From an uncultured virus (IMG/VR IMGVR_UViG_3300020578_000049) (taxonomy: Duplodnaviria > Heunggongvirae > Uroviricota > Caudoviricetes), in IMG/VR virus record IMGVR_UViG_3300020578_000049: DNA of 20,000 nt. The stretch is one strand, 5' to 3'. The stretch's first letter is position 1. Each line of letters starts with the position of its first letter. Made by a program: the position numbers and the translations under genes. Shown piece by piece: positions 1 to 9,479 of the stretch. Under the pieces are notes generated by a model. The model worked only from the letters and a program-made list of their open reading frames with translations, was not told the DNA's origin and did not search any database.

Positions 1-453
1 GAAAAACTTTTCACTTTGAAAAAAATGTTATTTAATCAAAAACACGATATAACAATAAAGGGGTATGAAGTTGAATTGTATGTTCAGAACGAAACAGAAT
101 CACACTTTTCAAGTGGTGTTTATTCAATATTATTTGATGAATGGGCAAATGTTCCAAAAAAAGAAGATGTTACAATAGATAAAGAACTAATTAAAGAAAA
201 GGCAAAACAATGGATGAATATCATTGACAATCTTTTAGATACGATAGAAGATGATGACGCAACAACAGCAAAAGAAACTGTTCAAAAATATAAAGATAAA
301 TTAAAAAAATATAGAACTTGTGGGTTAGAAAAAGACGGTGAATATTCAACAGAAAACCTTGTCTTTAAAATATTAAGAAGAAACGGATATATTGAAAAAT
401 TACACGATTCTACAACTGAATTGATAGATAAGAAATTATCTATGAACCAATAA
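1..453 (+). CDS. C-terminal part of a probable phage nucleotidyltransferase-superfamily protein (5' truncated by window)
   Basis: Frame 1 is open from base 1 (EKLFTLKKMLFNQKHDITIKGYEVELYVQ...GVYSI...W...R.CGLEKDGEYSTENLVFKILRRNGYIEKL*). I recall this tail from phage proteins with an N-terminal GS...SDxD motif, which lies outside the window, so the function is tentative. Confidence 0.5.
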   Translation, partial: EKLFTLKKMLFNQKHDITIKGYEVELYVQNETESHFSSGVYSILFDEWANVPKKEDVTIDKELIKEKAKQWMNIIDNLLDTIEDDDATTAKETVQKYKDKLKKYRTCGLEKDGEYSTENLVFKILRRNGYIEKLHDSTTELIDKKLSMNQ

Positions 454-527
454 TTTATTAAAAAATAAAATAATCTTAATAATCGATATATTTATTAAGA
501 AAAATAATTAATTCAAAAAAATATACT

Positions 528-2063
528 ATGGGAGGATTAAGACCTATCGGAAGTGAAAAATTGGAAGGAATGGATAAAATCCGTAGAATTATGGAAATTG
601 CCAGATATAATGAATCAATTCCACAACCAGTAAATGAAGATAAAAAAACAGAATATACTGCAGAACTTGCAGACGGAAAAACTTATACAATTGTAAGAGA
701 AAGATTAGGATATATAATCAAGGAAAGCTATGATGATATTAATTCTGATTACATCGAACCAATTCAAAATAGAAAGTATTTTTCTTCGTATTCACAGGCA
801 TTGAAAAAGTTAAACCTTATGGCTAAAGACTTTAATCAAATGTACGGAAATGAAGAAGGTATGTCTTTATTTACCGAGCAAAAAAAAAAGTTCAAACTAA
901 AACTTCCTGGTAAAAAAAAAGCTGAACCAACTGGAGATGTAGGAGCATTACCTCCACCAGAACCAGTAGCAGCTTCGGCACCAATGCCGGCAGCACCACC
1001 TATGGATAATATGGGGGGTGCGGGTATGGCGCCACCAGAAACAGGGACTGTAGAAGGTGAAGGGGCTTTACCTCCACCACCAGATATGGGTGCAACTGGA
1101 AGTGATGAAGGACTACCTCCACCACCAGATATGGGTACGGAAGGAAGTGATGAAGGACTACCTCCACCACCAGAAGATGATATGGGTGATGAAGAAGAAT
1201 TGCCTCCGCCACCAGAAGATGATATGGAAGATGAAGGTAAATCAAAGAAAGAAGGTGGAACTACATTTAAAGTAATACAAAAACTTACCGGCAAATTAGC
1301 ACAAAGAATTAGAAAATTTAATAGTGAAGATGATATGGATCCAAATGATGTTAAATACATTATTAATTCAATTTTATCAGCACTTGATGTTGATTTGTTA
1401 GATGATGACGATCTTGAAGAAATTATATCGAGATTAGAAGGTGATTTAGACGAAGAAGGTGATGAAGAAGATGAAGACTTAGAAGATGAAGAAATGAGTG
1501 ACGAAGAAATACCAGAACCAACATCTGATGAAGAAGAAGAGACATTACCACCACCACCTCCTATTGGTGGTGAAACAACAGAATATCGTGAAATTGGTGA
1601 AATTGCAAGTTTATCTGATGCAATTAAAAACAGTGTATCAAAACAATACGCTGGTAGAATGTTTGATAAAATGAAAGAAATGCCGGTTACAGGTGAACTT
1701 GAAGAATATGGAAGACATGGTGCTAGACAACCAAGACACACATATAACCATTTTTCACACGGAACATTTGGCGAATCAAAAGTTGATAAAATTATTTCAC
1801 AATATTTTACAACACAGAAAAAAGAAATTATTTCTGAAGAAAAGAAAAAAATACAAAAAATAGAAAAATACGAAAAAATCAAAGAAACAAATTACAGTAA
1901 TGTTAAAAATCTTTCTGAAAATATTAAACAAGAAAGAATGGCATTAAAATATATGGAAAAAAATCCAGTTTCAGTTCTTATTGGAAAAACTAATAAGGGA
2001 AGTTTGGTATTTAAAGAAGGTGTTGTCAATACAAAAATTACAACAAACGGAATGGAAATATGA
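528..2063 (+). CDS. Hypothetical acidic, Pro-rich protein (511 aa), probably head-associated
   Basis: Long ORF, A-rich leader, TATTTAT at 489-495. Globular-looking ends flank LPPPP repeats and D/E tracts. Confidence 0.8.
   Translation: MGGLRPIGSEKLEGMDKIRRIMEIARYNESIPQPVNEDKKTEYTAELADGKTYTIVRERLGYIIKESYDDINSDYIEPIQNRKYFSSYSQALKKLNLMAKDFNQMYGNEEGMSLFTEQKKKFKLKLPGKKKAEPTGDVGALPPPEPVAASAPMPAAPPMDNMGGAGMAPPETGTVEGEGALPPPPDMGATGSDEGLPPPPDMGTEGSDEGLPPPPEDDMGDEEELPPPPEDDMEDEGKSKKEGGTTFKVIQKLTGKLAQRIRKFNSEDDMDPNDVKYIINSILSALDVDLLDDDDLEEIISRLEGDLDEEGDEEDEDLEDEEMSDEEIPEPTSDEEEETLPPPPPIGGETTEYREIGEIASLSDAIKNSVSKQYAGRMFDKMKEMPVTGELEEYGRHGARQPRHTYNHFSHGTFGESKVDKIISQYFTTQKKEIISEEKKKIQKIEKYEKIKETNYSNVKNLSENIKQERMALKYMEKNPVSVLIGKTNKGSLVFKEGVVNTKITTNGMEI
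1068..1230 (+). repeat. Four degenerate 42-45 bp coding tandem repeats (LPPPP-(E)D(D)M...)
   Basis: LPPPPDMGATGSDEG / LPPPPDMGTEGSDEG / LPPPPEDDMGDEEE / LPPPPEDDME. The DNA core cctccaccaccaga recurs. Confidence 0.9.
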
Positions 2064-2467
2064 GTTACTTATTATACATAAATGGTTTGGGTCCTAATTA
2101 TAGGGGTGAAAACATTTATGAATTTATTTTTGGTGATTCTTTGGAAGATGTTTGGGGTGAAAATTGGGAAGCAAGACCTGCAAACGGTTATCCAAGTCCT
2201 CCGGATGTTGAACACGTAAAAAAAGTTGGGTCGTTAACACACAATGAAATTACATTGGAATTGGTACAAAATTCTGATGTTTTTTCTGTTCAAGATTCAA
2301 TTGATGGTGTTATTGCCCTTGGTTGGGAAAAAGAAGATGAAATTGATTTTTCGTTGATTAAAAGATTGGTTTTTAAATATGGGGACCAAGAACAGGATGT
2401 AAAAGATAAATTATACGAGAGAGACCTCGTGTTGCAATTTGAAAAAAAAGTTGTTTATGAAAACTAA
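2060..2467 (+). CDS. Hypothetical protein (135 aa)
   Basis: ATGA overlap with the upstream stop indicates translational coupling. Globular composition. Confidence 0.8.
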   Translation: MSYLLYINGLGPNYRGENIYEFIFGDSLEDVWGENWEARPANGYPSPPDVEHVKKVGSLTHNEITLELVQNSDVFSVQDSIDGVIALGWEKEDEIDFSLIKRLVFKYGDQEQDVKDKLYERDLVLQFEKKVVYEN

Positions 2468-3383
2468 AAAATACATTGAAATTCTTTTGGAAAATGGTAT
2501 TCATTTTACCACGGTTTCAAGAATGAAACCAAATCAAATAAGAATTCTTGCTGAAAAATTTGAAACTAAAGAAGCTATCCAAACAACACGAAAAACCCTT
2601 GAAATCCAAAATGTTGATTCTTCAACGGTTAATCAAATGAAACAAAATAAGGAAGGTTTAAATGTTAAAGATGGTGAAGTAACCCCAAATCCAGATGGAA
2701 GTCTTACTGTTACTCGTGAAATAGGTGAAAAATTTGAATCAAAAGCACAACAAGGATTCTTTTGGGCCAAGTGTAATACAAGTAAGGGTGTTAAAAAGAA
2801 AAAATGGTGTGAAATGGCTAGAGAATTTTCAGATAGTACGTCAAAAAAACAATACAAAGATATGCCAGAAAAAAAACATCCAGAAAAAACTGTTAAAAGA
2901 AAAACAAGAAAAAATACCGATGAAAATTATGAAAAGTATTTGGAAGAACAAATATTCAATATGATTGAAAAACATATTGAACCTAGTATGACAAAAGGAG
3001 AATTGTTAAAAACAATTCAAGAAAAAGTTGATAAGTCAGAAAAGTTTATGTTGAACAACCCAAAGAAAAATACTATGTTTCAAGAAAAAGAGATGATAGA
3101 AAATACAAAAGAAAAAGAACGAACTAAAACAAAACCTGGAACTAAAACACCAACAAGAAGAAAAGGAAATCCATTCAAGGATCCGAATCCTGGTGTTGAA
3201 GAACAACCAAAAGCAAATACAAAAGAAAAAGAAAGAACTAAAGAAAGGGAAAAAACTAAAACACCGACAAGAAGAAAGGGAAATCCATTTAAGGACCCAA
3301 ATCCTAGTGTTGAAGAACAACCAAAAGCAGAAGAACAAAAAAATGATTTTATGGTAGCAATAACTTCAATTTTAAGAAACTAA
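2457..3383 (+). CDS. Hypothetical multi-segment protein (ATG 2457 preferred over TTG 2439) with a C-terminal 38-aa duplication
   Basis: ATG overlaps the end of the upstream gene. Internal segment FESKAQQGFFWAKC...AREFSDST...DMPEKK resembles small basic 'SKAQ...LPEK' modules (DUF3008-like, from memory). Confidence 0.75.
   Translation: MKTKKYIEILLENGIHFTTVSRMKPNQIRILAEKFETKEAIQTTRKTLEIQNVDSSTVNQMKQNKEGLNVKDGEVTPNPDGSLTVTREIGEKFESKAQQGFFWAKCNTSKGVKKKKWCEMAREFSDSTSKKQYKDMPEKKHPEKTVKRKTRKNTDENYEKYLEEQIFNMIEKHIEPSMTKGELLKTIQEKVDKSEKFMLNNPKKNTMFQEKEMIENTKEKERTKTKPGTKTPTRRKGNPFKDPNPGVEEQPKANTKEKERTKEREKTKTPTRRKGNPFKDPNPSVEEQPKAEEQKNDFMVAITSILRN
3102..3329 (+). repeat. 114-bp coding tandem duplication (2 copies)
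   Basis: NTKEKERTKTKPGTKTPTRRKGNPFKDPNPGVEEQPKA then NTKEKERTKEREKTKTPTRRKGNPFKDPNPSVEEQPKA. Units start at 3102 and 3216. Confidence 0.95.
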
Positions 3384-3386
3384 AAA

Positions 3387-4763
3387 ATGGGAAATAGAGA
3401 ATTAGAAAGACTTGTAAGAAAAATAATTAAGGAAGCACCAATTGATTATGGTGATTATCCTGAAAGAATGCACCCTAGAACACAACAAAGAATTGAGGAC
3501 CCAGAAGGTATCTACGCAAAGAATAGAGCTTTTAGGGGTGGTGCTTCTGATGTTGAAAAAATTGCTGGTAAAAGATTTAAAGAAATTGTCGACTATGTAA
3601 AAAGATATTTTGGTACAGAACAAAATATTACAAACCCACAAGTTAAAATGTCAATACAAATGGCACAGATGCAAGCAGTTAGACAAGCTATGCAACTTGA
3701 ACCAAGATATAGAGAACAACTTAGAGATTTGGCGGTTGAAATTGCGGCTAAAGAAGAAGGTTGGTTACCTTATTCTGATAATATGGAACAAGCAATTGAA
3801 AAAGGTTTGGTAATTAAAAAAAGAAAAGATGGTGGTGTTGTTTATGAATTTGATTTTGTTAATATGTTAACATTTTTAGGGGAACAAGCAATCGACCCAA
3901 GTATTTTTAAAATGAAACCACAAAAAGAACAAAAACTTCCATTACCTCCAAATTTTTCTTTTGATATCGACGAACTAACACCAGAAGAACAAAAACAATT
4001 GGAAATTGAAAAAAGAAATGTTATCAATGCTATTATAATGGGTAAAGGAAAACGTGGTCAATTTGCTTACCAAATGTATAAGGATAGATTAGACGCGATT
4101 GATCCAGGACTATACGCACTTTATAATAAAATTATGGGTGCTAATGACCTTATGTATTTTACAGATGAAGATTTGATTGAAGCTCTTGGTGGTAATGCCG
4201 CCGGTGCTGCAGGTAAAAAACAAGAAAGTAATGATGACGATGAAGACGAAGATGAAGGTGGTGAAGAAGGAGATGGAAATGATACATATTATGCTAATGG
4301 CTTAATATTTCCAATTTTACTTCACGAACTATTCAAATCATTTTCAATGATTCAGTCAAGAGCACAATGGAAAGATATGGACCCAGAAATCGCAACACAA
4401 GTTATTGGTCAAACAGATACAATGCAAAACGAACCAATGAATTTCCGTGTTGGTGGTGAGCTTGTAAGAAAATTAAGAACCTTACTTCCAGATGAATTAA
4501 CATTGGATAATGAAGGTAAAAAATATATTCCTTTCTTTGAACAATTGTTATATAGTATTCCAGCTGAAGAATTTTTAAAAAATGTAATTGCAAATGTTAT
4601 TTCAGATAGTCCATCTGATAATGAAAAAGCTAAGAAAAAATTCAACGAATTATTACAACAAGCAAAAGCTAACTATAAAAAATATAAAGAAGGTGATGAC
4701 GATGATGATGACTACGATGACGATGAAGAAGATGATGATATCTTAACAAGACTAGGTTTATAA
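3387..4763 (+). CDS. Hypothetical protein (458 aa) with an N-terminal LVRKIIKE leader, a FPILLHELFK motif and an acidic tail
   Basis: Long ORF starting 3 nt after the previous stop and followed by a hairpin. Confidence 0.8.
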   Translation: MGNRELERLVRKIIKEAPIDYGDYPERMHPRTQQRIEDPEGIYAKNRAFRGGASDVEKIAGKRFKEIVDYVKRYFGTEQNITNPQVKMSIQMAQMQAVRQAMQLEPRYREQLRDLAVEIAAKEEGWLPYSDNMEQAIEKGLVIKKRKDGGVVYEFDFVNMLTFLGEQAIDPSIFKMKPQKEQKLPLPPNFSFDIDELTPEEQKQLEIEKRNVINAIIMGKGKRGQFAYQMYKDRLDAIDPGLYALYNKIMGANDLMYFTDEDLIEALGGNAAGAAGKKQESNDDDEDEDEGGEEGDGNDTYYANGLIFPILLHELFKSFSMIQSRAQWKDMDPEIATQVIGQTDTMQNEPMNFRVGGELVRKLRTLLPDELTLDNEGKKYIPFFEQLLYSIPAEEFLKNVIANVISDSPSDNEKAKKKFNELLQQAKANYKKYKEGDDDDDDYDDDEEDDDILTRLGL

Positions 4764-4784
4764 ATTAAATAATATATTGTCCTA

Positions 4785-4820
4785 CAAAACCCCCTTTTAT
4801 GAAAATAACTGGGGGTTTTG
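4785..4820 (+). terminator. Stem-loop, probable intrinsic terminator
   Basis: CAAAACCCCC (4785-4794) pairs with GGGGGTTTTG (4811-4820), with inner TTAT-GAAA-ATAA. It lies between the stop at 4763 and TerL. The U-tract is short. Confidence 0.7.
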
Positions 4821-4842
4821 ATATTTATATTAAAATATCTTT

Positions 4843-6615
4843 ATGAGTCTATCAAAAGAACAAATAATGCTAGAGTATGTAAAATGTATGAAAGATACAC
4901 CATACGCATTAAGAACATACTTACAGACATACGATAATACGGTTTCACAATTTGTACCTTTGGAATTATTTCCAGATCAGGTTTCATTACTGAAGGACTA
5001 TGAAGAACACGAAGAAAATATTGCATTAAAGTATCGTCAGGCTGGTGTGTCAACAGTGACTGCCGCTTGGATATCAAAAAAACTTGTGTTTGCAAAAAAA
5101 GAACGTCCAGAAAAAATATTGATTATTGCAAACAAACTTGATACGTCAATGGAAATGGCAAATAAAATTAGAGCATTTGTTGACCAATGGCCTAAATGGG
5201 TTGGCGCTTCTTTTTCTGCAGATAAAAATTCACAAAGACATTACAAACTAACAAATGGTTGTGAAGTAAAAGCAGTTGCAACATCACGAGATGCCTTGAG
5301 GGGTTATACACCTACGGTACTTGTATTTGATGAGGCCGCGTTTATCGAAGCTGATGGTGATTTTTGGGCAGCTTGTATGGCATCACTTTCTACCGGTGGT
5401 AAAGTAATTGTTGTATCAACACCAAACGGTTATGACCCAATTTATTATGATGTATATAATCAGGCGGTTAAAGGTGTTAACAACTTTAAAATTTCTGAAA
5501 TGTTTTGGTGGAAAGACCCTAGATACTCAAAAGATTTATATCTGGTACCAACTGATGATATGGTTGATTATCTATTAAATAAAGATGAAAAAGACCATTC
5601 TAAAAATATTTCATTTACTGATACTGACCCTTATGAAAGGGATTATGATAAAATAAAAGAATATTTTAATCAAGGATATAAACCCTGTTCTCCTTGGTAT
5701 GAAAAAATGGTTAAAAAGTTAAAATACGATAAACGAAAAATTAACCAAGAGCTTAACTGTGAATTTCTGGGGTCTGGAGATAACGTATTTGATGCTAAAG
5801 AATTAGATTATATAAAAACAAGTACAATACAAGACGCACCATCTAAATTAATGGGAAATTCGCTTTGGATGTGGAAAGAACCAGAACAAGGACATAAATA
5901 CATTATGGGTGTTGACGTATCTCGTGGTGATAGTGAAGATTTTTCATCGATTCAAATTATTGATTTTGATGAGCGAGAACAAGTATTTGAATATGTTGGA
6001 AAAATTCCACCAGACGCTTTAGCCGAAATTGCTTATAAATGGGGTATTATGTATAACGCATTTTGTGTTGTCGATATTACCGGTGGTATGGGTATTACGA
6101 CAGTAAGAAAAATGCAAGAACTTGGTTATCGTAATTTATATATTGATGGTGTCGATTCAACAAACATTTGGTCATATAATCCAAAAGCACAAGATAAAAT
6201 ACCAGGAATAAATTTTAATAACAAACGTGTACAAATAATTGCGGCATTTGAAGAATATGTCAGACATAAATTTAAAATTAAAAGTACAAGATTATACAAC
6301 GAAATGAATACTTTTGTTTATGTTAATGGAAGACCTGACCACCAAAAAGGACAACACGATGACCTTATAATGGCAATTTCTATGGCAATTTATGTTGGGG
6401 AATCTTCATTTTCAAAGTTGGAAAAAGTCGTTGAAAAAACTAAAGTAATGATTGAATCTTGGACTGTTTCAAATAACGATTCAGTAGGAAAACAAATTCA
6501 TTTTGACCCAGTAATTCCAAATGGACATATGTTAAATGAAAGAATGAAAATGAATTCTGGACCGGCAAAAGAAGATTATATTAAATACGGGTGGTTATTT
6601 GGTGGTAGAAAATAA
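4843..6615 (+). CDS. terL: Terminase large subunit (T4 gp17-like)
   Basis: Adenine-binding Q motif (LFPDQ), Walker A region LKYRQAGVST, Walker B VLVFDEAAF, coupling motif VSTPNG, RNase H-like nuclease acidic motifs MGVDVSRG and HDDLIMA. Confidence 0.95.
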   Translation: MSLSKEQIMLEYVKCMKDTPYALRTYLQTYDNTVSQFVPLELFPDQVSLLKDYEEHEENIALKYRQAGVSTVTAAWISKKLVFAKKERPEKILIIANKLDTSMEMANKIRAFVDQWPKWVGASFSADKNSQRHYKLTNGCEVKAVATSRDALRGYTPTVLVFDEAAFIEADGDFWAACMASLSTGGKVIVVSTPNGYDPIYYDVYNQAVKGVNNFKISEMFWWKDPRYSKDLYLVPTDDMVDYLLNKDEKDHSKNISFTDTDPYERDYDKIKEYFNQGYKPCSPWYEKMVKKLKYDKRKINQELNCEFLGSGDNVFDAKELDYIKTSTIQDAPSKLMGNSLWMWKEPEQGHKYIMGVDVSRGDSEDFSSIQIIDFDEREQVFEYVGKIPPDALAEIAYKWGIMYNAFCVVDITGGMGITTVRKMQELGYRNLYIDGVDSTNIWSYNPKAQDKIPGINFNNKRVQIIAAFEEYVRHKFKIKSTRLYNEMNTFVYVNGRPDHQKGQHDDLIMAISMAIYVGESSFSKLEKVVEKTKVMIESWTVSNNDSVGKQIHFDPVIPNGHMLNERMKMNSGPAKEDYIKYGWLFGGRK

Positions 6616-6623
6616 TTATAAAA

Positions 6624-6917
6624 ATGGGATTAGATAGAAGAAAAACTTCAGGAAGAATATTTGGTGGTTCTAATTTAATAGTACCAGATCAGCCTATATA
6701 TTCAGTTAAAAATTTTCCACCATCTTTTAAATATAAAAGAGGAACGCCAAAAGATACTTTCAGAGAATTACCACCACCTAAACCAAATCCAACACCACCT
6801 ACACCAAGTCCGACACCACCTACACCAAGTCCGACACCAATTGTTGAAACTTTCTATATTTTGACGGAATTACAAAAAGCAATCTTAACAGAAAGTGGTG
6901 AAAACATTATATACTAA
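6624..6917 (+). CDS. Small hypothetical protein with a Pro/Thr linker and a C-terminal ILTE..ILTESGE segment
   Basis: Fills the TerL-portal gap and has an A-rich start context. Confidence 0.7.
   Translation: MGLDRRKTSGRIFGGSNLIVPDQPIYSVKNFPPSFKYKRGTPKDTFRELPPPKPNPTPPTPSPTPPTPSPTPIVETFYILTELQKAILTESGENIIY
6789..6839 (+). repeat. 21-bp coding tandem repeat (PTPPTPS), about 2.4 copies
   Basis: acaccacctacaccaagtccg occurs twice in tandem. Confidence 0.85.
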
Positions 6918-6957
6918 TGAATATTTATATTTGACAATTATAAATTAAATTTCTATT

Positions 6958-8739
6958 ATGGAACAAAATACAAATCAACTTACAGTTTGGCAAAGACTTA
7001 ATAAAGCATTTGGACCAAATTCTTTATTGGGTCAAGATATCCCAACACACAAGTTTAGTAAACAAGAATTACTTAAAACTAGGGATAAATCCGAATTTGA
7101 AAAAGAAAAACTTCAAGCACAACAAACTTTATATTTATCAAACCAATGGCAAAAAATAGAAAGTAATTTATATACCCAAGCAATATATTACGAACCAACA
7201 AGACTTGCCGCGTTTTATGATTACGAATCTATGGAATTTACACCAGAAATTTCAACGGCTTTAGATATATATGCTGAAGAATCAACAACCCCAAATGAAG
7301 ACGGTTATATCTTACAAATATATTCCGAATCAAAAAGAATAAAAGGAATACTTGCGGATTTATTTAACAATACTTTAGATATTAATACAAACTTACAAAT
7401 GTGGATTAGAAACACTTGTAAATATGGTGATAACTTTGTTTATTTAAAATTAGACCCTGAAAAAGGAATTATTGGTGGTGTTCAACTACCTAATATTGAA
7501 ATTGAAAGATTCGAACGAGGTATGACACCTAAATCACCAAACACCGAAGTAAAAGTTAATGAAAGAGGTTTGAGATTTAATTGGAAAGAAAAAAATATGG
7601 AATTTAACACTTTTGAAGTGGCACATTTCAGATTACTTGGTGATGATAGAAAATTACCCTACGGTACTTCGATGTTAGAAAAAGCAAGGAGAATCTGGAA
7701 ACAGTTAGTTTTGGCCGAAGATGCAATGTTGATATATAGAACATCAAGAGCACCAGAAAGAAGGGTGTTCAAGGTATTTGTTGGGAATATGGATGATAAG
7801 GATGTAGAACCTTACGTACAACGTGTTGCAAATAAATTTAAAAGAGATCAGGTTGTTGATAATAAAACCGGTAATGTAGATTTAAGATTTAATCAAATGG
7901 CAGTAGATCAGGATTATTTTATTCCGGTTAGAGATGCTACACAAACAATGCCAATTGAAACTCTACCTGGTGGTACAAACCTTTCAGAAATTGCTGATAT
8001 TGAATATATCCAAAAGAAACTTGTTACAGCTTTAAGAATACCAAAAGCTTACCTTGGTTTTGAAGAACCGGTTGGTGATGGAAAAAATTTATCACTACTT
8101 GATATTCGTTTTGCAAGAACAATTAATAGAATACAAAAAAATATTTTATCAGAATTAAACAAAATTGCAATTATACATTTATTTCTTTTGGGGTTTGAAG
8201 ATGAATTACAAAATTTTACATTAGGTTTAAATAATCCATCAAAACAAGCGGATCTTTTGATGGTTGATGTGTGGAAAGAAAAGGTAACACTATACAAAGA
8301 TATGGTTACAGAAATTCCAAATACATTAGCACCAACATCAGCTACTTGGGCTAAAAAACATATTTTTGGATTTTCTGATGAAGATATCAAACTTGATACT
8401 CAAAGACAAAGAATGGAAAGGGCTGTTGCCGCAGAACTTGCAAATACTGCAACAATTATAACACATACTGGATTATTTGATAACATTGATAGATTATATA
8501 AAACAATAAGTGGAACAACTGAAGGTGGAGAAGCAGGTGCTGCACCACCACCGGGAGGAGGACCACCACCAGCAGGAGGAGGACCGCCGCCACCACCAGC
8601 AGGAGGTCTTGAAGGGTTACCTGAAAACAGAGAAAAATTAGAAAATTTATTACTAGAATCTAATGATGATGATTTTATAATAAAAAATAGTTCACTTGGT
8701 GATATTGAAAACGAATTATTAAAAATACTTAAAGATTGA
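6958..8739 (+). CDS. Portal vertex protein (T4 gp20-like)
   Basis: Motifs EDAMLIYRTSRAPERRVFKVFVGN, QDYFIPVR, IETLPGGTNL.EIADIEY.QKKL..ALRIPK match gp20-family portals. Located after TerL. Confidence 0.95.
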   Translation: MEQNTNQLTVWQRLNKAFGPNSLLGQDIPTHKFSKQELLKTRDKSEFEKEKLQAQQTLYLSNQWQKIESNLYTQAIYYEPTRLAAFYDYESMEFTPEISTALDIYAEESTTPNEDGYILQIYSESKRIKGILADLFNNTLDINTNLQMWIRNTCKYGDNFVYLKLDPEKGIIGGVQLPNIEIERFERGMTPKSPNTEVKVNERGLRFNWKEKNMEFNTFEVAHFRLLGDDRKLPYGTSMLEKARRIWKQLVLAEDAMLIYRTSRAPERRVFKVFVGNMDDKDVEPYVQRVANKFKRDQVVDNKTGNVDLRFNQMAVDQDYFIPVRDATQTMPIETLPGGTNLSEIADIEYIQKKLVTALRIPKAYLGFEEPVGDGKNLSLLDIRFARTINRIQKNILSELNKIAIIHLFLLGFEDELQNFTLGLNNPSKQADLLMVDVWKEKVTLYKDMVTEIPNTLAPTSATWAKKHIFGFSDEDIKLDTQRQRMERAVAAELANTATIITHTGLFDNIDRLYKTISGTTEGGEAGAAPPPGGGPPPAGGGPPPPPAGGLEGLPENREKLENLLLESNDDDFIIKNSSLGDIENELLKILKD

Positions 8740-8762
8740 TATATTTATAATTAAAAATAATT

Positions 8763-9479
8763 ATGAAATTTGGTTTAATAAAAAGTAAGATAGAAAAATT
8801 ACTTACAGAGTCATACAAAAGAAATTCTTTTAAAAATACATTATTTGTATTCAAAGAATTGGTATTGGAAAATAAAAATATTAGTAAACTTTATTACTTG
8901 TATGATGAATTATCAAGTAGTAAGGGGTTAACTGAATCTACAGCTTCTGAATTAATAAACCAATCAACAATATTATATGAAAATACAATTAATAAAATTC
9001 CTAAAAAAAATCTAGAAGAAATTAATCTTTGGGTTGGGCATATCAAAACAAAAAATAATTACGAAGATATTGATAATCTGTTTTCAAGTAGTGTTTTAAC
9101 ATTAGAAAACAAAATTAAAAGTAAAAAGGTTATTTTAGAAAATTTAAAGAAAACTTCAGAAGATTTTGAAGTTATTGGTAATGTACCTGTAAATAAATTA
9201 GTAAATGTTGCAAATAAAACTGTTGATAAATTTATTAATTCGTTAAACGAAGAAAGTAAAAAAATTTTAAATAAAATTTTATCTGAAGATGAAAATAAAT
9301 TGAAACTTAAATATGAACTTCTAAAAGAAGATGTTATTGATAAGTTAGAAACTATGAAAACTTCTGAAACAGATTCAGAAGTTGTTAAGACAATTTATGA
9401 AACTATAAACAAGGTCGAAAAAGAAAATTTTGATAGAATTTCCTTTTTTAAATTACAAGAATTAAATAGAAGTCTTTAA
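8763..9479 (+). CDS. Hypothetical helical protein (238 aa), possible prohead core component
   Basis: ORF directly after portal with TATTTAT 14 nt upstream. The function is inferred from position only. Confidence 0.75.
   Translation: MKFGLIKSKIEKLLTESYKRNSFKNTLFVFKELVLENKNISKLYYLYDELSSSKGLTESTASELINQSTILYENTINKIPKKNLEEINLWVGHIKTKNNYEDIDNLFSSSVLTLENKIKSKKVILENLKKTSEDFEVIGNVPVNKLVNVANKTVDKFINSLNEESKKILNKILSEDENKLKLKYELLKEDVIDKLETMKTSETDSEVVKTIYETINKVEKENFDRISFFKLQELNRSL

Noticed and set aside
1068..1230. CRISPR-like repeat-spacer appearance
   Set aside because: In-frame degenerate coding repeats with no unique spacers and no cas genes.
1068..1565. Resemblance of acidic LPPPP repeats to eukaryotic EVH1-binding motifs
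   Set aside because: All context indicates a bacteriophage; low-complexity convergence is the simpler explanation.
836..1882. 348-aa antisense ORF (likewise 12118-12714, 16522-17172, 8049-8390, 3036-3338 and other nested short ORFs)
   Set aside because: Ser/Phe-rich shadows of GAA/GAT/AAA-rich sense genes, fully nested in better-supported CDSs.
5520..5700. Possible intein or intron in TerL (extra segment after WWKDPRY)
   Set aside because: Only about 60 aa, with no intein C/S start, HN-C/S/T end or endonuclease motifs, and the frame is uninterrupted.
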